Positions 41,639 through 55,268 are shown, numbered from the whole stretch's first letter. The stretch: DNA of 63,307 nt, filler included, from Octopus bimaculoides (GCF_001194135.2; 8 parts of 8 records of this genome joined end to end with filler, not necessarily neighbours in it), one strand, 5' to 3'. Notes: generated from the letters alone by a model not told the origin. Translations and numbers: made by a program.

Positions 41639-42228
41639 GTATGCGTGTGTGTGTGCATGCATGCATGTATGTATGTATGTATGTATGTATGTATGTATGG
41701 ATGTATGTATGTATGTATGTATATAAATAAATAACTATCGTGTCTTGTTTGTTTTCGACTGCGTCCTCTACGTTCTCTCATTATTTCTAGTAGCTTTTTG
41801 CTGCTGACGCCATAAAAATGAACAAATTACCATTAAAGGCATGAAAATTTAATGAGTTTTGGACGATAACTGCATGTCCATATCTTGTGTGAATTTCCCG
41901 TTTGTTTCTTTGACGCCCTTCTGTTCAGATTTTGAATCCCGTGTATGTATGTATGTATGTATGTATGTATGTATGTATGTATGTATGTATGTATGTATGT
42001 ATGTATGTATGCATGTATGTATGTATGTATGTATGTATGTATGTATGTATGTATGTATGTATGTATGTTATTGTTCAGTTTTATTTCAAGACTTCTTGTC
42101 AATAGACAAAGAATCAGTTTCTAACCTAGATCCAAGGCTCCTTCGTTGGAATTTCAACATCGATAACAGGGTATTTTTGTTTGTATGTACATGTGCAGAT
42201 TTGTATGTTTGTATGTATGTATACCTAT

Positions 42229-42270
<42 letters not shown>

Positions 42271-42490
42271 ACGCACACGCACGCGCACGTGCACACGCAC
42301 ACGTACATGCACACGCACACGCACACACACAGAAATTAAGAATAAAAAAGGGTGGGTTATTAGCAATTAGAACCTAAAGGGAAAATAAGCCACCCGTTTT
42401 AAGTTGTTGTTTACACTTTTACCGTTTTGGAAATCAGCACACGTTATCAAGGCTTTTTCTTATAAGACTGACAGAGGTAGTTGAGTTTAA

Positions 42491-42508
42491 CCCTTGGCGT
42501 TAAGAGTA
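42491..42508 (+). mobile_element. piggyBac-like terminus at a contig end
   Basis: TTAA|CCCTTGGCGTTA; resembles the reverse complement of 56980-56991. Confidence 0.45.
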
Positions 42509-42806
42509 NNNNNNNNNNNNNNNNNNNNNNNNNNNNNNNNNNNNNNNNNNNNNNNNNNNNNNNNNNNNNNNNNNNNNNNNNNNNNNNNNNNNNNNNNNNN
42601 NNNNNNNNNNNNNNNNNNNNNNNNNNNNNNNNNNNNNNNNNNNNNNNNNNNNNNNNNNNNNNNNNNNNNNNNNNNNNNNNNNNNNNNNNNNNNNNNNNNN
42701 NNNNNNNNNNNNNNNNNNNNNNNNNNNNNNNNNNNNNNNNNNNNNNNNNNNNNNNNNNNNNNNNNNNNNNNNNNNNNNNNNNNNNNNNNNNNNNNNNNNN
42801 NNNNNN

Positions 42807-43140
42807 ATTCTTTGTAAGCCTGGTGCTTATTCTATCGGTCTCTTTTGCCGAACCGCTAAGTTACGGGGACGTAAACACACCAGCATCGGTTGTCAAGCGA
42901 TGTTGGGGGACAAACACAGACACACAAACACACACATACATATATATATAGATATACATATATATATATATATATATACGACAAGCTTCTTTCAGTTTCC
43001 GTCTACCGAATCCATTCACAAAGCTTTGGTCGGCCCGAGGCTATAGAAGAAGACACTTGCCCAAGGTCCCACGCAGTGGGACTGAACCCAGAACCATGTG
43101 GTTGGTAAGCAAGCTACTTACCACACAGCCACTCCTGCAC
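42807..43140 (-). mobile_element. SINE family B copy
   Basis: Near consensus, CpGs retained; 3' tail lost in a gap. Confidence 0.9.
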
Positions 43141-43289
43141 TTAGGCACCTTCTAAAAACATGTGCAGTATATTCCACAGGAGTGTGACATTGATATTTTC
43201 TGTTGCAGCTTGTGGATATGAGGAAACAGTGAAGCTGGGCTTCACTGTTTCCTGTGTTCATTGGAAATTTTGTAGCTAACTCTTGTCCT

Positions 43290-43520
43290 TGAATTTTAGA
43301 CGTGAAAATTCTGGTCAGTTGTTGATGTATTTCACACTGGTATGACAAAATCGGCATTTTCTATCATAATATAGAGGTTTTGAAGTTTCCTTGTCATTCT
43401 TGTTGATCAGGTGTCACCTTTTTGTTTTCCTTCTGAATAGTAATGGAATATCCTTCTAGGTAGTATGAGAGGTATCTGTCACAGGTCCAATAAAGGCTAC
43501 TCTTTTTGTCAATGTTGTTG
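43290..43520 (-). mobile_element. Highly decayed RLE-LINE fragment
   Basis: Frame-stitched YLEGYSITIQ / HLINKNDKETSKPLYYDRKCRFCHTSVKYIN resembles the zinc-knuckle region of 40790-41570. Confidence 0.45.
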
Positions 43521-45307
43521 GCATTCCCCAGTATATTTTGCAGGCATACGTAACTTAGTATTAATGTGAATACATCTCCGTTGTGTTTCTGATGATGGGA
43601 TAATTTAAGGAAGGATATTTGAAAGAAAGATATTCTAATAATCAGAGTATGAAACTGAAAATGGAGAAAGAGACAATAAGGCGATATATGAAGGGTTTGA
43701 CTATACTTCTGAAATGCCTTTTTTTTAATACTTATTGTGTTGTTGAAGTTAACTCCAAATCAACCCCTATTGGGCAGACATAGGATGAAGGGCATTGTAG
43801 GTATATCCATTCCGTCATTCTCTCTTGTATTGAGTATGTAGGACTACATACACATATAATGTGTCCCTCTCTTTTCAAGGTGGTAAAATGTAATATGAAA
43901 ATATTTGGTTAATATTTCTAGAAAGTCGAGAGCTATATTTGCATCTATACAATTTTATTAGTAATTGTGGTGAGCACTGCGGGCAGTTGCGCTCTTGACC
44001 TTTTTACAATTTCTGGTCAAGCAATTCACTTACATTGCTGAATCTCTTCGAAAGGCATGAAAAGCATCACTAGATCTTCTTCAAAATGTATTTTCTCGAA
44101 TATGATAATAATAATGAAATATTTTAAATTATTATTCATGAGTGTGTTATACCAACAGAGAAACATTTGGTGATGTGAGACTAACATTTATATATGAAGC
44201 TATTTCACTTTTCATTTGCTGCTTATGGTCCTTGCAAAAGGACCATGAGCATTACGTTACAATTTTTCTTCTGCCAATCTCCACTGCATGCATACACACC
44301 TACTTACCTACTTACCTACCTACCTACCTACCTACCTACCTACCTATCTACATGCATACATACATACACACACATACACACATGCAAACATACATACGTA
44401 CATACATACATACATACATACATACGCATATGCATGCACGTATACATAGATACATACATGCATGTATACATACATAAATACATACATACATGTACATACA
44501 TACATACATACATACATGCATACATACGTACATGCATACATGCATACATACATTACAAAGTACGAAGAAGGTCAGTTACTCATATCATATAAATGTGGTA
44601 AGAAAAATGCTGGTGAAGAAAGACGTCCGTGGGCCATTGGTGAAGCATCTGCCAGCCTGGAGTCCGAAATACGTCTTCAGTCTTATATCTATTCTTTTTG
44701 GAATGACAGGATATGTTCCAAACTAGTTGGGTCCAAGTGCAGTAGAATTCTTGGAGAAAGCACGTTGATTCGTAATTCACACGCTACAAATGAACCCGAA
44801 ATCTGGGACAATAAAAGTGTGCAAGAACTTGTTAAAACTTACAGAAAAGATGATGAAAAGTTATTTTTTTTCAAAAAAGAATTTTTTCTTTATTGGTAAA
44901 AACATTCTATTTCGGCATGATCATCACCTTGTCACCTCTCAGGTCGCCGATCAAAATATACATTGAAAGAAATCTATAGCAGTTTACTTCGATTTTATCA
45001 TCAAATTATATTTTGGAATATGGTAGGGAGTGTAAAAGTATGTATTATCACACAATTCCTTTTATCATTTTCATTAAAATATATAAAAGCTGTATGTAAG
45101 AAATTGATAAAGTTTCGAGGAATTGTTTGTGTGGATAGACAACTATTTCAGGAATATGCAATGGGCCATTTTCCCTTCGAACCTTGAACAATGGTCTCGT
45201 GCTATCCTTTTGGCCTATACATATAAGAACCGTTGAGGAGAAAACCCCCCCACCTCACCCCTCAAAATAATATTCTGGCATGAATATAAGAATATTAATA
45301 GTTTGAA

Positions 45308-45400
45308 CAGTGTTTTTCAAACTTATTTTATCGCGAAGCCCTTTTACGATTTTATAAAAAATCGTTGAATCCACACCGACATTTTACAGACCTCACAATT
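45308..45400 (+). mobile_element. hAT (Charlie/Buster-like) terminal fragment
   Basis: Starts CAGTGTTTTTCAAAC, a typical hAT terminus; no partner end seen. Confidence 0.4.
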
Positions 45401-45433
45401 ATAATTAAAAAAAAATTTTTTTATGAAATGTTT

Positions 45434-45486
<53 letters not shown>

Positions 45487-48437
45487 NNNNNNNNNNNNNN
45501 NNNNNNNNNNNNNNNNNNNNNNNNNNNNNNTTAATTAATTAANNNNNNNNNNNNNNNNNNNNNNNNNNNNNNNNNNNNNNNNNNNNTACGTTGCAAAAGA
45601 GATGGAAGCATGTTGCACGAGTGTTGTGCGTGAAAGCAACCGTGTGAATAGACGGGGGAAAAAAAAAGAACAAAAAAATGGTACCAGCGATAGATCGGGG
45701 CTTGTGGGGTCGGAGCGTGGCCTGATCATNNNNNNNNNNAGATCGGGGCTTGTGGGGTCGGAGCGTGGCCTGATCATCGCTGCATTTGTATTGTCCTTGT
45801 ATTGTTAATTTCATTCGATTTTGTAAATATATCTTATTTAAGTTTTACGTAAAATCACACCGCATTACTGATCCCATCAGTTGTTCTGTCCATTTCTATG
45901 TTTAGCCCNNNNNNNNNNNNNNNNNNNNNNNNNNNNNNNNNNNNNNNNNNNNNNNNNNNNNNNNNNNNNNNNNNNNNNNNNNNNNNNNNNNNNNNNNNNN
46001 NNNNNNNNNNNNNNNNNNNNNNNNNNNNNNNNNNNNNNNNNNNNNNNNNNNNNNNNNNNNNNNNNNNNNNNNNNNNNNNNNNCCCCTCCCCAAAAGATTT
46101 CGGGCCTTGTGCCTAGAGTAGAAAACAATTTTTACCACGTGAATTTGGGGTGAAAAACTTTGTTTTTCCAAAAACATTTTCCTCTTCCACTAACAAAATA
46201 TATGCAACATACAGAAATATTCTTCACTCCAAAATCAAATAGTTAAATGAAATACTTTTTTCTGAGAACAAATAAAACAAAAATTCAATTCATCAATTTC
46301 ACAATAAGAGAAAAATAACTTTCAATCATTCCGAGATATCCAAAACTACACGAATAATGACGAAAAAAGCAATGTTAAAGGAATAGATCTGAGTGATAAA
46401 GTATATAACTCCAGCTTTAACTTTTGCGATAAACCACAAGGATTACTTGGAAGAGTTAGATGACATAGGATTTGCTTCAATACTTCAAAGCAAGAAAAGT
46501 CTTAACATATCTCTACATTTCGAAAGTTGCAGAGATTTTTCTCTTGCTTGGGATAGAAAAAATGTAAATCTTCCCCGTTGGCCTAAATAGAAACAACAAA
46601 ACTATACGAGAGATATTCGAAACCGAGAACGAAGTAGGTCAAGCTGTAGTGGAACACACCTTCTCAGAAACTCATAATCCAATACTTGAAATGGTGTGAC
46701 ACAGAGGTTGCAGTAAAGAATTTTACTAACGACGTTGTTCCTTGGGTTGAGTAATTTTTGTGTTGCAATACACACAGCTGGTTAACGCTAACGTAACCAA
46801 TTGTGATTTGTACTGTTATGAAAATTCGAATGTTTTCATAAGAACATAGACACTTCGAAGCAGTGCTTATTTTCATGGGTGTAGAAAGAAAGGCTATGGT
46901 AGAGAAGAAAGACTGTAACAAGAACAGGTCACAGAAACTGATATTCTCAAGTCTGCCAGTCGAAACTCCCGAAACGACAGAAGAGATCATCTTGCCTTCG
47001 GAGCCAAGAGCTGATGAACATGAAACAAACCAGGAAGCCCCTAAGGAAGCTAAAATCAAGGAAGTTGAGAACCAAGAAACCAAAGATCCATACCTCAGTG
47101 ATCGCATGATGACTGAGATGAAATGAAGCCTGGGACAAGAATCAAGCAATTGGAAGGGTTAGAAGAAGACAACAAAGAATCAGAGAAGAAAAAACGCTAA
47201 CAGGTGCACACTTCCTTCCAGGACAGCATGAAATTCATGGATCCTGTAAATATGTAACATAACGCTTAAATCAGAAGTAGTTAGTGTGAAGTGTGATAAT
47301 TAAAATGTGAGCTTGAGGAGAAAACAGTGGCAGGTATTTTAAACGATATTGTGGTTTATTACAACATAATAGTTGCATTCTTACACGACATCGCATGCTT
47401 CTGTCCATTACAGAAAAGGCTCACGGGTAGCTTTATGTTGCCCAATTCTCCAATATGTTTTAAAAAGAAACAGAATCACCAAGAATTTCAATGTTTATTT
47501 GTCAGTACGATATAATAGCCAAAATGGCTGCATGCTTCATTTCCACTCAATGTGCAATGTCTGTGATTCTAATTCAAAAGTAACTGTGTTGAAGTCATTG
47601 TTAANNNNNNNNNNAATGTCTGTGATTCTAATTCAAAAGTAACTGTGTTGAAGTCATTGTTAATGGGTGAGGGATATAAACTTCCACGAGTATGTTTTGC
47701 TATTGTTGAACTGCATTGGACATAGATGTTCTTTTTTCAATTCATTAATAAAACATTGTTGGTGTGTCGAATGTCTGAGGTGAGTTTGGACGTATGATTT
47801 AATTGTCTAAGTGACGCGGTGGGTTATTTGAACAATACTGTACCGTAAAGATAACTTTTCTTCTACTCATCTATAAGTTTTCCAGTAAACATTCGTAGTT
47901 CAATACTGTTTACTATATAATTGTCGTAGATCTAACAAACATATTGAGAGGCCTATGTAGCGGGTGAGATTTTTACTCACTAGTATACAACTTAAGTCTT
48001 CATTTTACGTTGTTTCTGTCGAATGTGAATAAATTCATTCTGAGAGCTGAGTATGAGTTCATAGTTATACTCTTGACTTCCTCGACGCTGAAGCACAATC
48101 ACGGGTTCTTCTTTTAACGTTAAACTGAATATTACCAGAGGTATAAATTGTCAATTCGCAGGATTCGTGTTTTCTTATCAGTATTAATAATATAAAAGAA
48201 ACATGACTGCGTATCGTTCATCCCTCAATCTACTACACCTTCCAAATTGAAGCTGATCCTTCTGGAGCCTTTTCAAAAGGATTTCCACCNNNNNNNNNNN
48301 NNNNNNNNNNNNNNNNNNNNNNNNNNNNNNNNNTTAATTAATTAANNNNNNNNNNNNNNNNNNNNNNNNNNNNNNNNNNNNNNNNNNNNTATATATATAT
48401 ATACATACATACACATACATACAAACATACATATATA

Positions 48438-48474
<37 letters not shown>

Positions 48475-49110
48475 TTTTAAATCTATAAGTACATACATAT
48501 TTACAAATTTCATAAAAAACGTAGGAAAGTTAGGTTTTTCGTAAAAAAATGCAACAAAATGTGACGCGGGTTCTCAAAATCTAATCTGTTAGCCGCACAG
48601 TGAAGATTTTAAGACATTTCAAAGATGATCAATTTGAAACTCCCCAGTTGAATAGATGCACGCACTTGCTTATGTGCAGCTCAACCAACAGCCAATGTCA
48701 ATTACTGTTAGCGACCGTCTGAACACTAGTAAGAGGGACTTAAATACAACTCGAAGAATAAAAAAGAACCTACATTTTAGTACAAAATACACATGTCACG
48801 TTCTTTGTTTAATTTTCGTTGTATTATTTTTAAAAATCATTCTTCCATGTGTTGAGAAACGCATTAGCTTCTTCATATTTTCAAAGCAAAATGATAGTAA
48901 AAGTTGTCATATTTTTGACGAGAAATTACATTTGTACTATATTTTTTTAATGTTATTTGGGAAATAATGGATTTCATTATTCCCAGCGAGGTGAAAAACT
49001 TATTTGAACGGCGTGCCCTATTGTTTCCCCCTATGTTACCCAATTCTCGCTTTCTCTATTCGTGCAATATATACAGCGTTCCATTTATAATAATAATAAT
49101 AATAATAGTG

Positions 49111-49188
<78 letters not shown>

Positions 49189-49192
<4 letters not shown>

Positions 49193-49296
49193 TATTCAGA
49201 AAAATACATAACAAAAATACCAGGACTTACAAATATATATAACATACAGAAATTTGCACTACTGGTTACTGTACACATTCTACGCAAAACACTTTC
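49189..49296 (+). mobile_element. 3' ORF fragment of the same R4/Dong-like family as 8576-9210
   Basis: KYSEKYITKIPGLTNIYNIQKFALLVTVHILRKTL; begins directly after a long (AAT)n tract. Confidence 0.88.
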
Positions 49297-49573
49297 NNNN
49301 NNNNNNNNNNNNNNNNNNNNNNNNNNNNNNNNNNNNNNNNNNNNNNNNNNNNNNNNNNNNNNNNNNNNNNNNNNNNNNNNNNNNNNNNNNNNNNNNNNNN
49401 NNNNNNNNNNNNNNNNNNNNNNNNNNNNNNNNNNNNNNNNNNNNNNNNNNNNNNNNNNNNNNNNNNNNNNNNNNNNNNNNNNNNNNNNNNNNNNNNNNNN
49501 NNNNNNNNNNNNNNNNNNNNNNNNNNNNNNNNNNNNNNNNNNNNNNNNNNNNNNNNNNNNNNNNNNNNNNNNN

Positions 49574-49652
49574 GAAGAAGAAGAAGAAGAAGAAGAAGAA
49601 GAAGGAGAAGAAGAAGAAGAAGAAGAAGAAGAAGAAGAAGAAGAAGAAGAAG

Positions 49653-49690
<38 letters not shown>
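49574..49690. repeat. (GAA)n-(CAA)n compound microsatellite
   Basis: Read directly. Confidence 0.95.
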
Positions 49691-49695
49691 GAATA

Positions 49696-50115
49696 GTGGC
49701 CGTCATGGCTTTTGATCTTAACTGATCGGAAATGGTATCTTGCGCATTCAGTTGAGCATTTCCCTTAGTGGCTGACGATATGTGAATCTCTAACCGTGAG
49801 CAGAAGTAGCGAGGAGCATCATAGCCAAGTGCTGAGAGAAATTGTTTGGTGTTTGAATAATTCACCTCTTGAAATATGAGTTCGGAACATTTTGAACGGA
49901 TGGGCTACTCAACCTGAAAAATAGTCTAACTAGGCCCCTGTAAGTTCATGCGCTGTAAATCCTAATATCAAATTACCATGCTGTGATGCATGTGCTTGGT
50001 GTACTACCCTTATCAGACAGGTAGTGATGATGAGTATACTGGGCTTCGTATATTTGTATCCCAGTGTCACTATGATGGCATACCCTGCTCTCTTACTGAA
50101 TAATAATAATAATAA
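49696..50115 (+). mobile_element. Family D repeat, diverged copy
   Basis: Colinear with 3672-4100; (AAT)n tail. Confidence 0.7.
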
Positions 50116-50119
50116 TCAT

Positions 50120-50156
<37 letters not shown>

Positions 50157-51883
50157 AAAAATCTTGTGAAAATAATATAATGGTAAATTAAAAATCTTAT
50201 GTGTGCGAATCTTTAGAGATGTTCATGATAGGGACACTATTTCCAACCTTCGGGTCAATTATATCTAAGTAAGGAATCGATATAGCTATTCAATGGCCTT
50301 CGTATTTAGGTCAAGTGTGATACCTTCGCCTCTAGAGAAAAATAATTATTGTGATGCCTAATAGACCGAGATATCGAGAAAAGTGCATAAGTGATTATCC
50401 ATTTCTAAACCTCAAATTCACAGTTAATCAAGAAGTCTGTGAAGATTTCAATGATATCCCATTCATACCCAGTATTTTTACTGAAATTTTCTTAATATAA
50501 TGCAAATGAGTATATGTTAACTGTCGCTTCAGATCGCTAGTTTTCCAGCATCTCACATCCAGCTATTTTAGCACCACGTGAGTGGTGTTATTGATATTGC
50601 CAAGGGCGTGTGTCAGTTCTGATAGTTTCAACGTCCATCTTGTAAAATGATTTATTCCCAAACATTCGGTAAAAGTATTCAAGCAAGACAAAAGAAATGT
50701 TATTCACGACGTCTAAAAAGATTTCAATTTGTCTTTTAAATTTTATTCTTTCTTCGTCTTCTATTATACTTGAACAAAAGCTCATGCATAAACACGAACA
50801 TCAACACATACACGCTAACTGGTAGTATAATCGCATATGCAAGCATAAGCCACTGAGATTATGCTGGTTACAGCGGCGTCGGTGTCGATGTCAATCGTGC
50901 CTCAGTATATTACGTTTACCATCTCGAATCATTCAGTATAGATAAGTACCATGGATGGTACTATGAACTTACATAAGTATTCAGATAAATTATTGTCCCT
51001 TGTTTGCTTTCTCCTAATCACAGAAACGTATTTCACATGTCACTGGATTCAATTATATAATAATCAACACAGAGACGAGCATGTTTACGAGAGCTGTTAA
51101 ATAAAACACTAATAAAAGAGATTATTGGATCTATGGGATATCCAAACAAATATCTTGCAGCATTCTTCGTGACACATTTGGTTCTGACTGAACTCACGAC
51201 ATTGCATAATCATTAGGCTCAGAACTCCAGTTTGCGGATACTTCATCCCACCTGCCTCTTCACTTTCAAAGGATCCATAGTTGGTCAGAAATACTATATG
51301 CTGTCCTGATTTGAAGGTATAAGAACATCTCATTTACAGGTAATTGTATGAAATCCTCTACTTCAGATTAGTTTGCAAATCTTTGCATTAGTTGACATAG
51401 GTGTTGAATATGTGCACCAGATTACAGTGAAATATTACATGTAAAAAGCCAGTTTCATATCAAGTTATAGATTTCTCTCCTACCAGTGTGACAATAGAAC
51501 AAGATATATAGTGACGTACAGACAAAATTGTTTTTTTTTTCCTTGCGGATGTTCATAAATTCAAGTTAATCGATATCTTGGGTACTGATTAATTTGAGCA
51601 CGCCAATCCTCTAGATCTGAACTTAAGTACAATAACAATATTGAAAAAAACTTTTTAGTTATCAGAATTGATTATAATTTTTTAACTTGTGCTACACAAT
51701 CTCTGCGTCTCAATTAATTTTACGTCATTTGGAAATGGTTTATGTCTTCTATTCGTCTGATTTATGAGTCATATAGAAACTTTTGAGATATTATATCAGT
51801 TATTTTAGTATTTTACGAAATATTAACAAATTTAGTGAACGCGTTCTTGTAAACTCTTGAGGTGACACTATGACCATTCTTAC

Positions 51884-52147
51884 CCCTTTTATGCATTAAA
51901 TTTAATTTTCTCTCTGTTTCTAATACAATAAATGTTCTTGAAATATTCTACGACACATTTGGCATTTGCAGCATAGTTTTTGAGGATGGGTGTCCGTATG
52001 ATTAATCATGCATTATCTTGTAGTTTTTGATGATGTAACTGTTTATTTTTAGAATGATACAGTAAGATCGGTGTGAGTGATCTGGTCAGATTCACAAAAG
52101 CAGGTACAATAATTTAGCAGGATATCACCAGTTTAAGTGCTAAAGGG
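51884..52147. mobile_element. Degenerate piggyBac-like MITE
   Basis: TTAC|CCCTTTTATGCATT ... GTGCTAAAGGG|CTAA; termini resemble TTAA|CCCTTTAGCA with mismatches. Confidence 0.4.
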
Positions 52148-52309
52148 CTAAGATTATAGGGCGTAACTTCAAGAAGCGTTTGCTACTAATTTTTGACTCC
52201 CGTACCATATGTCAGACTGACTTCATTTGTTCGTGACTATATGAACATGTGCATGTTTATCTGTTATGCATATTACGATTAAGAATAATAATGTTTAATA
52301 TGTAATATG

Positions 52310-52359
<50 letters not shown>

Positions 52360-54278
52360 TATATAATGTAGATATCTGTTATGAGGGTAAACCTAGAAAC
52401 AAAAGGTAGGTCAAAGCATTGTTATTCAGCCATAACCCAGTATTCTCCTTCACTTAAAAGACACTTGGATACTAGTTGTGTATATCTGGGAACTATTACT
52501 AACAAACCGAGCGACCTCCATCTCCTTAAGGCTTACTATTTGATTTGTAGAAATTATAGAATGTAATTTCATATTAAGATTTATACGTTTAAAATTACAT
52601 GAACGTAATATGACATAATGACCCTTAGGAGGATGCAGTTTAGAAAATTGGATTTCATTTCTATAAGTGTTGATAGTCATAATTGTTTTTGTTCTTAATT
52701 ACTGTAAATATCAAATATAGTTTATTTATTTTGTTTTAAAGAAACTCTTGCTCGCATTCTTCTATATCTGCCTATATGGATTGTTCCATTACAGTCGACC
52801 ATCCTTAGTGATTTGGAAATAATTCTTAAAATTGTAATCTGATTTATACTATAATCTGAGTTTAGGCATGTAAAGGTCGGAGCTTGGCGTATTCGATGGT
52901 TTATATACACCCTGTAATATCAGAGAAACTATCCGTGATGATGAAGAATTTTTCAGATTTTCAATATTCTGTGCAGTTGCTGTTCGATGTAATATATCCT
53001 GAATGAAAATTAATTTCAGTTGAAGCGTTAGAGCCTTCAAATTGATTTACGTTAATTATTTTGATCTATTCGAATAGTAGATTCAGTGATATTCAAATTG
53101 AATTAACTGTTCAATTGGAGAACCGATATTGTGGTAAACTGGAAGGTTTTATTATAAAGGATTTAAAATATATGCCGAACATAATTTTACCCTTTCGAAT
53201 GCATACCGTGTTAGCCAAATTTCTGAAACATATTGCAAATTCCAAATGATTGTTTACATAAATAAATATCGGTTCATAAATTCTTAATATTCATTATAGA
53301 TATAATTCATCCATTCATATTTCTCAATTTCTACTTACTTCAAAACTGTTTATTCTAGTTTACACTGACAAATCATACTTTTTCTCAAATGAAGTGTCAT
53401 AATTGAGTAAATTTTAGAAATACCTAAGATATATCTTACTCAATGTGTTTTATATACATTCGCACATCAGACGAAATCACGATGTGATTTTGTTTTTCAA
53501 ATATTATATTATTGAAATAGCTGTTATCCAATATGTAAAACAGGAGTAAAATAATGGCTTAAAATTACTGATCTACGAATTTAAAAACATCTTAGTGAGG
53601 CATTGATATCCTTGAAAATGTAAGGCTGCGATGTTTCTTATTTTCTAATATTAATGTAGGCAGAATCTGACACGTTTACGGCATTAAATTGATTGTGCAT
53701 TTGGTAAGATGTACCATTAATATAATTGAACCTATAACCTGATAATTGCTTTAATTTTATTGATCATAGAAGGATGAAAACAGAGCTGACAATGGTGATG
53801 ACGACGATGAAAATGATTATAACATGATGGCGGTGACGAAGATGTTTCCTTTGACGTACTAAAAATTTATATGTTTCGAGAAGCAGAGCTATTTAGAATC
53901 ATGCATATCATTGGTATTCACTTATTTTAAGCCTCTTTTTTCATTCGCTTTACGAATTTTACCATCTAATCTATAGTCTTCAAAAGAGAAAGAAAATGTA
54001 ATATTGTTTCTGTTGAATTTACTTCAAGTCTTATTTGGCTTTTGGACAAAATATTAAAGGAAGAGAAACAAGAGCAACACAATAGTTCCAACAGTGACAA
54101 TAACAACACTGACAACAAGAACGAAAGGAGCAACATTTATAACATCAATATGAGTTATAGATAATACTGTTTACGATTTGTACAATTGCAAAATATCCTC
54201 TTATTAATATCAACCACAAAGCACTTTACATCTCAAGAGCAATAGCATCATGATTTGTTGTTGCTGTTACTATTGTAC

Positions 54279-54355
<77 letters not shown>

Positions 54356-55065
54356 ATATAGGCAGCATTAGATCTGCTCGCTGTTATCATAGCTGTTGAG
54401 CTCATTGTTTTAAAATCAGCACTTGTAACATGAATAGATTCCAAATTGCGCAGCCAAGAATATATATCCGTGTCCTATCTTTCTGTTGCACTTCGAAAAT
54501 GTGACAGATTTAAACTGCCAACAGACACGAGGTAAGATCTTCGAGAAAACACACTGTCATCAGGTTTTTGTGTATTAGTGAGGCAGATTGTTCAAATTCA
54601 CCAGTTACAGTTTCCGATATATATATATATATATATAACAAGCAGGTGTTTTAGATTGACGCTCAGGAAAACATATATATATATATANNNNNNNNNNNNN
54701 NNNNNNNNNNNNNNNNNNNNNNNNNNNNNNNNNNNNNNNNNNNNNNNNNNNNNNNNNNNNNNNNNNNNNNNNNNNNNNNNNNNNNNNNNNNNNNNNNNNN
54801 NNNNNNNNNNNNNNNNNNNNNNNNNNNNNNNNNNNNNNNNNNNNNNNNNNNNNNNNNNNNNNNNNNNNNNNNNNNNNNNNNNNNNNNNNNNNNNNNNNNN
54901 NNNNNNNNNNNNNNNNNNNNNNNNNNNNNNNNNNNNNNNNNNNNNNNNNNNNNNNNNNNNNNNNNNNNNNNNNNNNNNNNNNNNNNNNNNNNNNNNNNNN
55001 NNNNNNNNNNNNNNNNNTATATATATATGTATATATATATAGTAAGCTAGATAACTTAGATTAGT

Positions 55066-55268
55066 TTCAGCTATTATCGGCCCAGGCCATGACTAACTCA
55101 ATAGTACCACCTGGAAATGTCTTTTTGCTAATTATTTCGGGACACTATGAACCACTGAAGTACACAGTTGTTGTTAATTGAGACGTATCCAGGTGTAGGA
55201 GGTTTATCCCGCATTGCATGGGGGCCTAGTCTTGGGGGAAATGTAAATATAATACCGATATCATTTGG
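55066..55268 (-). mobile_element. CR1-like 3' end, second copy with internal deletion
   Basis: Reverse complement aligns to ~21437-21505 and ~21659-21792. Confidence 0.8.

Noticed and set aside
44560-44900. Protein-like frame after the (CATA)n tract
   Set aside because: No recognisable motif; the resemblance to a hAT C-terminus is too weak.
45692-45777. 38-bp direct repeat around a 10-N gap
   Set aside because: An exact duplicate across a minimal gap indicates unmerged overlapping contigs.
47556-47663. 49-bp direct repeat around a 10-N gap
   Set aside because: Same contig-overlap artefact.
47726-47779. Isolated AG...GTGAGT 54-nt open segment; similar donor-like site near 54533
   Set aside because: Such sites are expected by chance at this length, and there is no recognisable peptide.
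51109-53250. Possible decayed Toll-like receptor on the minus strand (LRR-like and TIR-like words)
   Set aside because: No LRR periodicity, no LRRCT or TM segment, no TIR box motifs, and the interval contains repeats.
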